Shown here: piece by piece, positions 44,701-53,664 of the stretch
How positions within the stretch are numbered: position 1 is the stretch's first letter
Layout: the number at the start of each line of letters is the position of its first letter
Notes under the pieces: model-generated
Told to the model about the DNA's origin: nothing
Database searches by the model: none
What the model saw: only the letters and a program-made list of their open reading frames with translations
Program-made: the position numbers and the translations under genes
DNA from: a virus
Taxonomy: Duplodnaviria > Caudoviricetes
Strand: one strand, 5' to 3'
Length of the DNA: 53,736 bases
IMG/VR virus record: IMGVR_UViG_3300037485_000603
Location: 1 to 53,736 of that record

Positions 44701-45441
44701 CTAGCTTATGAACATCTGCCTCGGCACGAACCGCACTGCGGCCTTCTCACGGTCTTCTTCCGAAGCACGCTGCCAGTCTTCGTCGTACTGCGCCTTCAGA
44801 ACCTGCATACGCTCCATAGCGCCAGGGATCTTCATCGACAGGTAGTACGCCAGCCCAGACACGAGGCAGGGCAGGAAGCGGAAGGGGATGTCCTGGGTGT
44901 ACTCACCACCAGACCCTGCATCCTGAATGCGCCGCAGATACCAGTAGACGAACTGATACACACCCGTCTGGTCAGGCGTGGGCCACACCGTGATGCTCGG
45001 CAGGGCTGTGGCGCTCGGAGAGTAGCCGCTGGTGGCCGGGTAGGTCGCACCGGAGTTCCGGTTGACCAGCACCTGAATGGGCCGCGCCTGCTGTAGCTTG
45101 TTCGGGATGGACGAGTACGTGCTGATGCTGATCCGCGTGATCGTCAGATCAACCTGGGTCGAGACGTTCCCTGCCCCCGTGCGGATGACATGCTCCAAGA
45201 GGTCCACGGTGTCTGACGGTAACGTGTAGGTGTTGGTCCCCTGTACCAGGGGAATCGTGCCCTGGTTGAAGGTCCACATGTTTACACCACGGTTCGCCCA
45301 GTCTGCAAACAGCAGGTTCAGGGACCGCCGCGCCGTGCGCAGGTCATAGCCCGTGCGAAGCTCGGATCCGCAGCGCTCAAACGCCTCCTCGACCGCGTCA
45401 TTGAGGTCGAGGTTGAACGTGGTAGCCCCTGAGGTAGGCAT
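44701..45441 (-). CDS. Head completion/adaptor-like virion protein
   Basis: EEAFERCG...ARRSLNLLFADWANRG...RFLPCLVSGLAYYL. Confidence 0.75.
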   Translation of the reverse strand: MPTSGATTFNLDLNDAVEEAFERCGSELRTGYDLRTARRSLNLLFADWANRGVNMWTFNQGTIPLVQGTNTYTLPSDTVDLLEHVIRTGAGNVSTQVDLTITRISISTYSSIPNKLQQARPIQVLVNRNSGATYPATSGYSPSATALPSITVWPTPDQTGVYQFVYWYLRRIQDAGSGGEYTQDIPFRFLPCLVSGLAYYLSMKIPGAMERMQVLKAQYDEDWQRASEEDREKAAVRFVPRQMFIS

Positions 45442-45445
45442 TTAC

Positions 45446-45694
45446 TTACCCCTTCGCTGTCTTGGCAGACTGTTTAAATGCTCGTGCTGTAGGCGCTCCT
45501 GGAGACCCTGGGCTGCGCATCTTTTCGCCAGACCCGGCTGCTATGCGTTTACGCTTCGCGTTGATATTTGCATAGAGGCCGACCGGGCCACCATCCGCAT
45601 AGAGCTTGACAGGCTCCAAGGCATCCTTACGCAGGATCTTCTTGGGCTTCTTCAACTCCGGGCGGATGGCGCCCATCCCGCGTGAGGTTCGCAT
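45446..45694 (-). CDS. Small basic protein
   Basis: MRTSRGMGAI...YADGG..GLYANINAKRKR. Confidence 0.7.
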   Translation of the reverse strand: MRTSRGMGAIRPELKKPKKILRKDALEPVKLYADGGPVGLYANINAKRKRIAAGSGEKMRSPGSPGAPTARAFKQSAKTAKG

Positions 45695-46605
45695 CAGCAC
45701 ACCTTGCAAGGCCTGACACCGCGTTGAGCAATGCCAGCACCCCGGACACTGCCACCCTTGGCGTAGGTTTTCACCTTGCCGCCCTTCTTGAACTCGCCAT
45801 CCTCTTCGTCCCGGGTGCGGGAACGCGGAGATTCCTTGGCCTTTTCCGTCCGAAGGATAGGCTTGTCTGCCTTGGCTTCTGCTGCGGCCTGAGAACGGCC
45901 CGTCCGAGCCTCTTGGACTGCCTTGCGGCTTGCAGCGCCCCTGACAGCAGAGGTTGCTGCTTCCATCTCTTCTGCTGGTGTAAACCTACGCCCAGCGTCA
46001 GAGGTGGTTGCCGTCGATCTCATGGGAGTGCCGCGCCCTATGGAGCCAGAACTCATGTCTTTTGCCAATTCTTTGGCAAGTGCTTCTTTAGACATGCCCC
46101 CCGAAGGGGTTGCGCCCCCAGGGTACTTTTCATCAATTTGGCGAACGATTGCCTGCCATTTACTAGGGTCCGCACCCGCCGGAGGCGTATCACGCCAATC
46201 GCGTGCAGCCTTTGCCCCAGCCATAGCGGTTCGAGCGGCACTACCTGCGCCTGCGCCAACAAACGCGGCGCCAAGCCCGCGCCCAGCAGGGACACGATCC
46301 GCGCCTTCAGACATGCCGCGAACGAGCAAGCCAGGGATGTCCTCAACCGAAGCACGGCGACGGGGAGTTTCAACACGCGGGGCAACATTTGCTTCCTGCG
46401 GCCCCCGCGCACGCATGTCACGTTCGCTAGACACTTCAGGCAGCTTTCCAGAGCGATCTGCGTTCAGAAGATCTCTGAGGGTCTTGTCGGCGCCGTACTT
46501 ACGCCGAAAGTCCGCAAGCTCCTCACGGCTGACGAGGGCCCGGCCCTGGTCATCTTCACCCCGGTTTTTTACCGGGCCGGTGTATGACGTTCTGCTGTAC
46601 GACAT
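45694..46605 (-). CDS. Hypothetical protein with C-terminal tag
   Basis: Ends FKKGGKVKTYAKGGSVRGAGIAQRG. Confidence 0.7.
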   Translation of the reverse strand: MSYSRTSYTGPVKNRGEDDQGRALVSREELADFRRKYGADKTLRDLLNADRSGKLPEVSSERDMRARGPQEANVAPRVETPRRRASVEDIPGLLVRGMSEGADRVPAGRGLGAAFVGAGAGSAARTAMAGAKAARDWRDTPPAGADPSKWQAIVRQIDEKYPGGATPSGGMSKEALAKELAKDMSSGSIGRGTPMRSTATTSDAGRRFTPAEEMEAATSAVRGAASRKAVQEARTGRSQAAAEAKADKPILRTEKAKESPRSRTRDEEDGEFKKGGKVKTYAKGGSVRGAGIAQRGVRPCKVC

Positions 46606-46606
46606 G

Positions 46607-46915
46607 TCACACCATCCTTCCCTTGGTACGGCCCTTGGTGATGCAGCCATCAGCGCGGGTCACACCGCGCTTCTTGACCATACCGCCCTTGGCGTACCCG
46701 GCTTGGTTGTACGCCTCACCTTCACGGGCCGCTGCAGGAACCGACTCCCGCATCTTCTTGGCAGAACGTTGGGTATCCCGGGCGGACTTCGCCATCGTGG
46801 GAGAGATCTTGGACAGGAAGTCCGTTTCGCCCTCGATGCCTTTCTGCATCATCTCGCGGGACTTGTCCAGCTTGGCAGATTCTTCTGCCGTGGGGCTGCG
46901 GTAGTTCCTAGGCAT
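46607..46915 (-). CDS. Small protein with C-terminal tag
   Basis: Ends YAKGGMV...RADGCITKGRTKGRMV. Confidence 0.7.
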   Translation of the reverse strand: MPRNYRSPTAEESAKLDKSREMMQKGIEGETDFLSKISPTMAKSARDTQRSAKKMRESVPAAAREGEAYNQAGYAKGGMVKKRGVTRADGCITKGRTKGRMV

Positions 46916-46925
46916 ATCTTGCTCC

Positions 46926-47222
46926 TCAGCAGCTTCCGCCGCCCATTTTCTTGACCGTCTTGCCGCCCTTGGCGAACGGCTTACCCTTGGCTTCCGCCAT
47001 CTCATGCTTGATCATTGACTTGGGAGCGCCCTTCTTCTTCATGAAGGCCATCTCCTTCTTGACCATTGCGGGGGATTCTTTCTTCATGGTGGGGCCTCCT
47101 TCGGCCTTGTGAGACTCAAACTTCTGGCCTACGGCCTGGGGAATGCCCACCTTCTTGGCGAAGCCTGGGCTATGGGCGACGGCCCGCATGAGCCGTTCTT
47201 GCTTTGGTGAACTATACGGCAT
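46926..47222 (-). CDS. Small basic protein
   Basis: MPYSSPKQERLMRAVAH...FAKGG. Confidence 0.7.
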   Translation of the reverse strand: MPYSSPKQERLMRAVAHSPGFAKKVGIPQAVGQKFESHKAEGGPTMKKESPAMVKKEMAFMKKKGAPKSMIKHEMAEAKGKPFAKGGKTVKKMGGGSC

Positions 47223-47457
47223 GGGTCTTGCTCCGTAAAGTGTCGATCTTGGCCTCGATCCGGTCGAAGCGTTCGAGCAACTCCTTCATGTCCTGCCGGA
47301 ATTCCGAGCGGGTGATGTGGTCCCGGGCCACCTCTTCGCGGGTCTTGTTCAGCAGAATGCTGACCCGGTCGAGTTCTTTGAACTTGGCTGACATGAAGAA
47401 CCCCACAACGCCGATCAGCAACGTCAGGATAGTGTTCCAAACAAACGTCGCTTCCAT
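47212..47457 (-). CDS. TM plus coiled-coil small protein
   Basis: WNTILTLLIGVVGFF...LLNKTREEVARD. Confidence 0.7.
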   Translation of the reverse strand: MEATFVWNTILTLLIGVVGFFMSAKFKELDRVSILLNKTREEVARDHITRSEFRQDMKELLERFDRIEAKIDTLRSKTHAV

Positions 47458-47458
47458 G

Positions 47459-47878
47459 TCAGCACCCCGAAGCCTCATATTTTTCTCGGTAGGCGTCCCA
47501 TTCCGGAGCATCAACAGACGCATAGAGATACTGTACGGCAAATTCAAGCAGCATTGGACTGTCTCTGAAATGCCCCAATCCTCTATTACAGTGGTTACAC
47601 AACATGCCTCGTACCTTTCCGGTTGAATGGTCGTGATCTACAACCAAATCACCGTTATTGCCGCAAATAACACATTCTGTAACTTCAGCTCTGATGCGCT
47701 TGAGTTGCTCGTCTGAAATATCCGATCTGAATTTTCCACGACAAATTTCGTTTCTGTACGCGGCTCGACAGGCGCGGCACCAACTGTCAAGGCCGTTCAG
47801 CTTCTTGTTATGCGGCGGAAAATATTCAGCCGTAGCAGGCTTTTCCGTTTTGCAGCGGGTGCAGGTCAGCAATTCCAT
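47459..47878 (-). CDS. Endonuclease VII-family (His-Me) nuclease, possibly homing
   Basis: CVICG...VDHDHSTGKVRGMLCNHCNRGLG. Confidence 0.85.
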   Translation of the reverse strand: MELLTCTRCKTEKPATAEYFPPHNKKLNGLDSWCRACRAAYRNEICRGKFRSDISDEQLKRIRAEVTECVICGNNGDLVVDHDHSTGKVRGMLCNHCNRGLGHFRDSPMLLEFAVQYLYASVDAPEWDAYREKYEASGC

Positions 47879-48126
47879 GCTTTTAACGACAACGCTTTAC
47901 GCGTGGGGCGTCCCTTTTCGTCTTTCATGGGCCCGGGCATCCCGGACATCCTAGCGCAAAACGACTTTCGTCTTGCCGCATCCTTTTCTGTCTTAGGGTG
48001 CGGCGCTGGCGGCTTGAGTCCAGGCTTGCCAGGATTAGCAGCGTTGTAGGATGCACGGCCTTTGGCATTGAGCCCTCCGGCTTCTGATTTGCCTTCCTTG
48101 CGGGTCCAGGCGGGGGACTTTGCCAT
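47866..48126 (-). CDS. Small basic conserved phage protein
   Basis: AWTRKEGK..GGLNAKGR...RRKSFCARM...AWNC. Confidence 0.75.
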   Translation of the reverse strand: MAKSPAWTRKEGKSEAGGLNAKGRASYNAANPGKPGLKPPAPHPKTEKDAARRKSFCARMSGMPGPMKDEKGRPTRKALSLKAWNC

Positions 48127-48139
48127 TGTATTCTCCAGA

Positions 48140-48922
48140 TCAATCATCGAACACGAACAGGGCTCCCGGGGCCATTGTGCCCACGTAGATGCCCCCAGGG
48201 CCGTAGATCACGCCTGCCCGGACATCTGACGGGGCCGGGTACTCAGAGACATTTACAAGCGATGCATCCTGTCCACTAATTACATACGTCCCGGCTTGCG
48301 CAAACAACAACCATGTCTTGTTAAGCGATGCTGGTTGCCCCGTATTGATGTACGACCCAGGGTCCGCAGAAAGCTGCCCCAGCGCAAGAAGAGATGCATC
48401 CTGGCCGAAGATCGAGTACGAACCCGCCTCTGCGTTGACGTTCCGGCTTGCCTGTAGCGCTGCGTCCTGGCCCGTGATGGCGTAAGCGCCGACCTCAGCG
48501 TTTACATTCCTCGCGGCCAGCAGAGTGGCGGCTTGGCCCAGGATGTCGTAGGCACCGACCTCTGCGTTTACAGCCCGCCCAGCAAACAGCGATGCTGCTT
48601 GCCCATCAATTGAGAACGTCCCGGACTCTGCGTTGATGCTTCGCGGCACCAGCAGCGTAGCGTCTTGGCCTGTGATGACATATGTGCCTGCCGCAGCATC
48701 AATCGCCCTGGGAACCGAAAGCGTGGCGTCTTGGCCTGTGATGGCATACGTACCAGCCGCTGCATCAATAGCTTGGGGGACCGAGAGCGTGGCATCCTGG
48801 CCCGTGATGACGTAGGAGCCGACTTCTGCGTTGAGGGTGTACGCTGTCGAACCGCCAGACGCAAATATCCACCCAAACGAACCGTTGTTCGTTGAGTTAG
48901 TACCTGCGTACCAGTCGCTCAT
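48140..48922 (-). CDS. Repetitive (22-aa unit) tail-associated protein
   Basis: About 9 repeats of [IV][ND]A[EA].G.Y.ITGQDA.L. Confidence 0.75.
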   Translation of the reverse strand: MSDWYAGTNSTNNGSFGWIFASGGSTAYTLNAEVGSYVITGQDATLSVPQAIDAAAGTYAITGQDATLSVPRAIDAAAGTYVITGQDATLLVPRSINAESGTFSIDGQAASLFAGRAVNAEVGAYDILGQAATLLAARNVNAEVGAYAITGQDAALQASRNVNAEAGSYSIFGQDASLLALGQLSADPGSYINTGQPASLNKTWLLFAQAGTYVISGQDASLVNVSEYPAPSDVRAGVIYGPGGIYVGTMAPGALFVFDD

Positions 48923-51900
48923 CAGTAAGCCCTCACGCCCGTGATGACAAGGTAGTCCACGTTAGCAGCCGTGCCTGTGCCGGTGTGGATAAGCCTGCAG
49001 GGGCTAATTGACGAGACGCCTTGGATGGTCAAGAGCCTTCCTGCTTCGCCTGCAGCGGTCCACTGGCTGACACGTTGTGTTGTGTTTCCCATCGTGATGT
49101 TGGTAGCACCAGTGGCCTTGTAGGTGTTGGTGATGTCCTTGAACGTGTTGTTGCCGGTGATGGTCAGTGCTCCTGCGCCGCCTTGGTTCAAAGTGATGTT
49201 GGTGTAGGAAACGCCGCCGCCAGAGAAGGTCTTGGCAGAGGCTGAGGTGAGGGTGATGGTGCCGGTGCCGGTGACGGTGAGGTTGGTGGAGGTGGCGGTA
49301 GACCATGCATTAGCAGCTGTCCATGTGCCAGACCCAACAGCCAGTGTCCTAACACTAGTAGATACACCAGCCGACATAAAACTTGACCCACCCGACAACG
49401 TAACGTTGTAAATAGCAGCGTCAAATGTTCCTGCCCATAATACAAACGCATTAGTGCTGTTTTCGCTTACTGTCAAAGAATCTTGTAAAGTTACACTTCC
49501 TCCTGGTGTTTCTGTGCGTAATTGTTGAGTAAACGTCTTTCCTGCGCTTGTAAGTGTCTGGCTTCCACGGCCTGCAAACGTAATCGTTCCCGTACCGCTC
49601 AGCGTCGTGCCCGTCCCATTGATCCAGTTGCCATAGATAAACGGCGCCCCAGTCCCCGTCGCCAGCGTCATCGTGTTAGCCGTCCTGGCCGACATGTTGA
49701 TGGTGCCGATGTTGTAGCTTTGGTCGATGGTGACGGTGGCGCCACTGTTCAGCCCCGTGGCTTCAAAGAAACAGGTGTCCTGCGCCAAAGGGAAGTTGTT
49801 AATTGCAAGAGAACCGCCGCTGGTAGTCGCCCAGCCCACTGCAGACCAATTGCCACCACCGGCAAGGTTCCAATACTTGTTAGCCGCAGCCGTGAACGTG
49901 ATGCCGCTGTTGCCCTTGCAGTCACCAATCCGCGTACCAGACGCAGGAGCAGCAGCACCAGCAATGGTGACGTCGCGGAAGTCTACGTCGGTCATGCTCA
50001 CAGCAGCGGCTGTGATGGTGCGGGTGGTGCCGATGATGTTGCTCTGGACAAAATGCCGCATGGTGGCGTTAGTGCCTGCGGAGAAGGTGAGCGTGCCTGT
50101 GACGGTTTGGTTGGCGGTAAGGGAGATGTTATTCAGGCCAGCAGAGGTGATGCCGGTGAAGGACAAATTGTTGAAGCTGTTGGCGCCCCTAATAACAGGT
50201 GTTCCGACCAATGCACTGGTAAAACTGATGTTGTAAAAAGTTTGGTTATTGCCAACTAATTCTGATGACTGGCCAGAAAGATTAAGCTGGGAAGTCCCCG
50301 CAATAAATGTAAGGTTTGCCCGTTCGGATTCTGTAGTACCTAAGCCAGAAGTACCTCCAGAGCCAGTAAGCGTTATTGTTGAGGCTCCTAAATTAAAAGT
50401 ACGTGAGTTTGTTGTCGCCGAAACAATAAAAGAAATAGATACTGCATACCCTGCAAAATCTATGGACCCATTAGTGTTAATAAAGGAGGAGCTTGTAGAA
50501 AAAGCACTTCCAAGCGCCCATCCACATCCCACCCCATTAACCGTAACCGCAGATGCCAGTGTCACACCGTTGGTCGTCAACGTCCGACCAGTAGCCGAAC
50601 CAGACAGCACAATGCCGCCCGTATACGTCCGCGTCAGCCCCGTCGCAGGCAGCGTCACATTGCCGTGAATGCCTACCATTGCCGTAGACCCAGCCAATGT
50701 CACATTCCCAGACGCAGGGCCAGCAATGGTCAACGCCTTCATCCTAACGCCGCCAGTGACAGCGTCCACCGTAGCTGTGTAGGCGGTGGCGTTGGAGGCC
50801 GAGTTGAACACCACGTTATCGTGGCTGCGCGGAACAGAGGCCCCAGAAGCCCCGCCAGATGACGTAGACCAACGTGCTGTGTCGCTCCAGTTGCCGGTGC
50901 CGCCAACCCAGTAGCGCGTGCTGTCAGCAGGTTTGGCCGTGCGATAGACAGGGGCGCCTGCGGTGCCAGTGCTGTTGGCCCCTGCGTAGAACTCACCAGG
51001 GCTTGTGGCAGCAAAGCCAAAAGTATCCATCGCAAGCCAGTCAATGCCGCTGGTGCAGGCTCCTGCGAGGATGTGCGTGGCGTTGCCAAAAAGGCTAACT
51101 AAAATAAGTCCAAAGTTTCCTCCGGATATTGTCCATTTCCCAAAAGTTTGAGTTGTTGTTCCAAAAGAAATACTATGGTTTATTGTTAACGGCGCTGCAA
51201 ATTCAGTAAATTGATTATTTCCGTTAACAATTAAATTATTACCATTTGGCGTGATAGTCAATTTGTTATAAGACAACCCTCCTCCCGTAAATGTGCGGGA
51301 TAGACTAGTAGTGCTTGACAGGAAGATATTTGCAGTGCCTTTATAAAAGGCTACAGGCGTGCCCATGCTCCAGATGGTTCCCGTTCCAGCTAGCGTCCAT
51401 AGGCCAGAACCCATTTTAAGCGTTCCGCCGGTCAAAGTAAACGACCACGTTGTCACGTTGTAAGTAACAGCATCAAACGTGCCGCTGGTCAGCGTCAGGG
51501 TTCTTGCAGAGCCAATCGTCAGGGCGTCGGCAAGCTGGACTGTTCCTGTAATTGAATTAATAACTATCGGTATATTAAATGTTACTCCGTTGCTGGTGAT
51601 TGTTTTTGTTCCACGGCCAGCAAACGTAATCGTGCCTGTTGCGGTGCTCGACGTCACGCCAGTTCCAAACTTCCAATCGCCATACACAAAGGGCAGATTG
51701 GTGCTTGTCGTCAACGTCATCGCTGTCGTCCGCAGCGATGCGTCAAACGTACCAATGTTCCATGCAGTATTGATGGTGATGGTGCCTGTCACGCTTCCGG
51801 TGTTGTCAAACACCGCCGTGTCCTGAGCCAACGGGAACTGATTGATGTCGGGCGTGCCGCCAGAGGACGGTGCCCAAGCGGTGGCAGACCAGTTCTGCGT

Positions 51901-53418
51901 CCCTGCAAGGTTCCAGTACACCGTCTTGCCCGCAGGGAACGTGATGCCGCTGTTGCCACCGCAGTCGCCTGCACGGGTCGGAGAAGACCCAGCAGCAGTG
52001 CCGGTGATGGCAATGTCTCTGAAGTCGCAGTCGGTGGCGCTGAGCGTGCCTACGCTGAGCGTTCGTTGGGCGCCCAGGGTGTCAGAGCGGACGAAGATGC
52101 GTCGGACTGCGGTGGCTCCAGCAACGGTGAGGGTGCCGGTGATGGTTGGATTGGCGTTGAAAGTACACCCCATCAGACCCGCAGAGGCTGGCGCAGTCAG
52201 GGTGAAGTTGTTAAATGTGTTAGCCCCAGTGATAACGTGTGTCACGGCAGTGGTGCCTGTAAACGAAACGTTGTAGAACGTCAATTCACCCCCAGCAAAT
52301 GTAGCTGCGGCGGTAGACGACATATTTATCTGCGACGTTCCTGGGCTAAGCGTCAAATTAGTTGGCGTTGTAAACACTATCGGCGTTGTCCCGCTCAACG
52401 TCACCGTACTACTACCAAGCGTAATAGCCCTGACGTTGTTATTATCGGAAGATATCGAGGCTGCCGTGACGTTGAAGTTCTTGGTGTCAAAGGCGCCGTT
52501 GGTGACGGTGAGGGTATTACTACCCATGTTAAGCGCGCCCCCTAGCTCGACGGAGCCGTTAAAGGTATCAATTTCTAACGGGGAATTAAAGGCACTACCT
52601 GCGGTAGAAAGTACCTGTGTTTTTCTCCCGCGCATTACAAACGTGGTTCCAGCGTTTAGGGTAGTTAACGCATTAAAAAGCCAGTCCCCGTACAAGGAAA
52701 ATGTGGTCGCATTTACAAATGTTGTAGCCGTTGCTCTTGCGGAAACATCGATTGTGCCCGTATAAGGAATTGACGCATCAAACGTAATAAGCCCAATCGT
52801 TGCAAAATTGGTAAATACGGCCGTATCCTGCGCCAACGGAAAATATATACTGTTAGGAGTCCCTGTCGAAGTGTTGGACCATGCGTTATTGTTCCAAACA
52901 ATTCCGCCCGTAACTGTTCGAGTCCAATATACGGTTTTTGGTGTACTAAAGACGATATTAGCGTTACCCTTAAGGTCGCCAATACGTGTGCCAGTTAACG
53001 TGCCTCCCGTACCAGTAATGCGTATATCACGGAAATCTGCGTCAATTACCGTTCCGATGGTGGCAATCTGTATGTCACGCATCAAACCGTAAGTTGAAGA
53101 TCTGAATAAAACTCTTTGGTATCCGCCGGTGCCGACACCCGTAGCAGAAAAAGTTCCTGCAATAACAAATCCGTTACTTACGATAAATTCGGTAACGCCA
53201 ATTACATTTTCTGGTGTAAACGTAAAATTAGCGCAAGTGGAATTGTCCGTCACCGTGACGGTGTAATGCGCCGCTCCGGAGCCCGAGTTTGCGTCAAAAA
53301 TTACATTGTCTGCAGACGTAGGCACAGACGCACCTGACGCCCCTCCAGACGTAGCGGACCAATTAGTGGTACTGTTCCAGTTACCTGTCCCGAGGGGAAC
53401 CCAGTATCTGTCGGCCAT
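48922..53418 (-). CDS. 1498-aa Thr/Gly-rich repetitive tail fibre/adhesin-like protein
   Basis: Five YW...W...W...GG...(FPLAQD/VP..DNV) repeat units separated by beta-helix-like T/G stretches. Confidence 0.8.
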   Translation of the reverse strand: MADRYWVPLGTGNWNSTTNWSATSGGASGASVPTSADNVIFDANSGSGAAHYTVTVTDNSTCANFTFTPENVIGVTEFIVSNGFVIAGTFSATGVGTGGYQRVLFRSSTYGLMRDIQIATIGTVIDADFRDIRITGTGGTLTGTRIGDLKGNANIVFSTPKTVYWTRTVTGGIVWNNNAWSNTSTGTPNSIYFPLAQDTAVFTNFATIGLITFDASIPYTGTIDVSARATATTFVNATTFSLYGDWLFNALTTLNAGTTFVMRGRKTQVLSTAGSAFNSPLEIDTFNGSVELGGALNMGSNTLTVTNGAFDTKNFNVTAASISSDNNNVRAITLGSSTVTLSGTTPIVFTTPTNLTLSPGTSQINMSSTAAATFAGGELTFYNVSFTGTTAVTHVITGANTFNNFTLTAPASAGLMGCTFNANPTITGTLTVAGATAVRRIFVRSDTLGAQRTLSVGTLSATDCDFRDIAITGTAAGSSPTRAGDCGGNSGITFPAGKTVYWNLAGTQNWSATAWAPSSGGTPDINQFPLAQDTAVFDNTGSVTGTITINTAWNIGTFDASLRTTAMTLTTSTNLPFVYGDWKFGTGVTSSTATGTITFAGRGTKTITSNGVTFNIPIVINSITGTVQLADALTIGSARTLTLTSGTFDAVTYNVTTWSFTLTGGTLKMGSGLWTLAGTGTIWSMGTPVAFYKGTANIFLSSTTSLSRTFTGGGLSYNKLTITPNGNNLIVNGNNQFTEFAAPLTINHSISFGTTTQTFGKWTISGGNFGLILVSLFGNATHILAGACTSGIDWLAMDTFGFAATSPGEFYAGANSTGTAGAPVYRTAKPADSTRYWVGGTGNWSDTARWSTSSGGASGASVPRSHDNVVFNSASNATAYTATVDAVTGGVRMKALTIAGPASGNVTLAGSTAMVGIHGNVTLPATGLTRTYTGGIVLSGSATGRTLTTNGVTLASAVTVNGVGCGWALGSAFSTSSSFINTNGSIDFAGYAVSISFIVSATTNSRTFNLGASTITLTGSGGTSGLGTTESERANLTFIAGTSQLNLSGQSSELVGNNQTFYNISFTSALVGTPVIRGANSFNNLSFTGITSAGLNNISLTANQTVTGTLTFSAGTNATMRHFVQSNIIGTTRTITAAAVSMTDVDFRDVTIAGAAAPASGTRIGDCKGNSGITFTAAANKYWNLAGGGNWSAVGWATTSGGSLAINNFPLAQDTCFFEATGLNSGATVTIDQSYNIGTINMSARTANTMTLATGTGAPFIYGNWINGTGTTLSGTGTITFAGRGSQTLTSAGKTFTQQLRTETPGGSVTLQDSLTVSENSTNAFVLWAGTFDAAIYNVTLSGGSSFMSAGVSTSVRTLAVGSGTWTAANAWSTATSTNLTVTGTGTITLTSASAKTFSGGGVSYTNITLNQGGAGALTITGNNTFKDITNTYKATGATNITMGNTTQRVSQWTAAGEAGRLLTIQGVSSISPCRLIHTGTGTAANVDYLVITGVRAY

Positions 53419-53419
53419 G

Positions 53420-53662
53420 TCACACCCTCACATAGCGGACGCCATCGATCTCGATGTACTCGGGCGCAGGTTCCTCTAGGACAGGTGCAGGCTCTTCCAC
53501 GGGCTCTGCAGGCGGGGCGGTGACGATGGCGATCCAGTTGTCCACCCGCTGCTGCTTCATGGCCTGGATCTCGTCCTGCGTGAAGGCGTGATCATCCGGC
53601 AGATGCAGGGCATCCCGGAACACCCCGTGAGGGGTGTCAAACTCGAAGTCGATCTTGACCAT
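53420..53662 (-). CDS. hypothetical virion-associated protein
   Basis: KIDFEF...FRDALHLPDDH...MKQQRVDNW. Confidence 0.7.
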   Translation of the reverse strand: MVKIDFEFDTPHGVFRDALHLPDDHAFTQDEIQAMKQQRVDNWIAIVTAPPAEPVEEPAPVLEEPAPEYIEIDGVRYVRV

Positions 53663-53664
53663 GA

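Noticed and set aside
48140-53418. Diversity-generating retroelement target
   Set aside because: No reverse transcriptase and no template/variable repeat pair differing at adenines was seen
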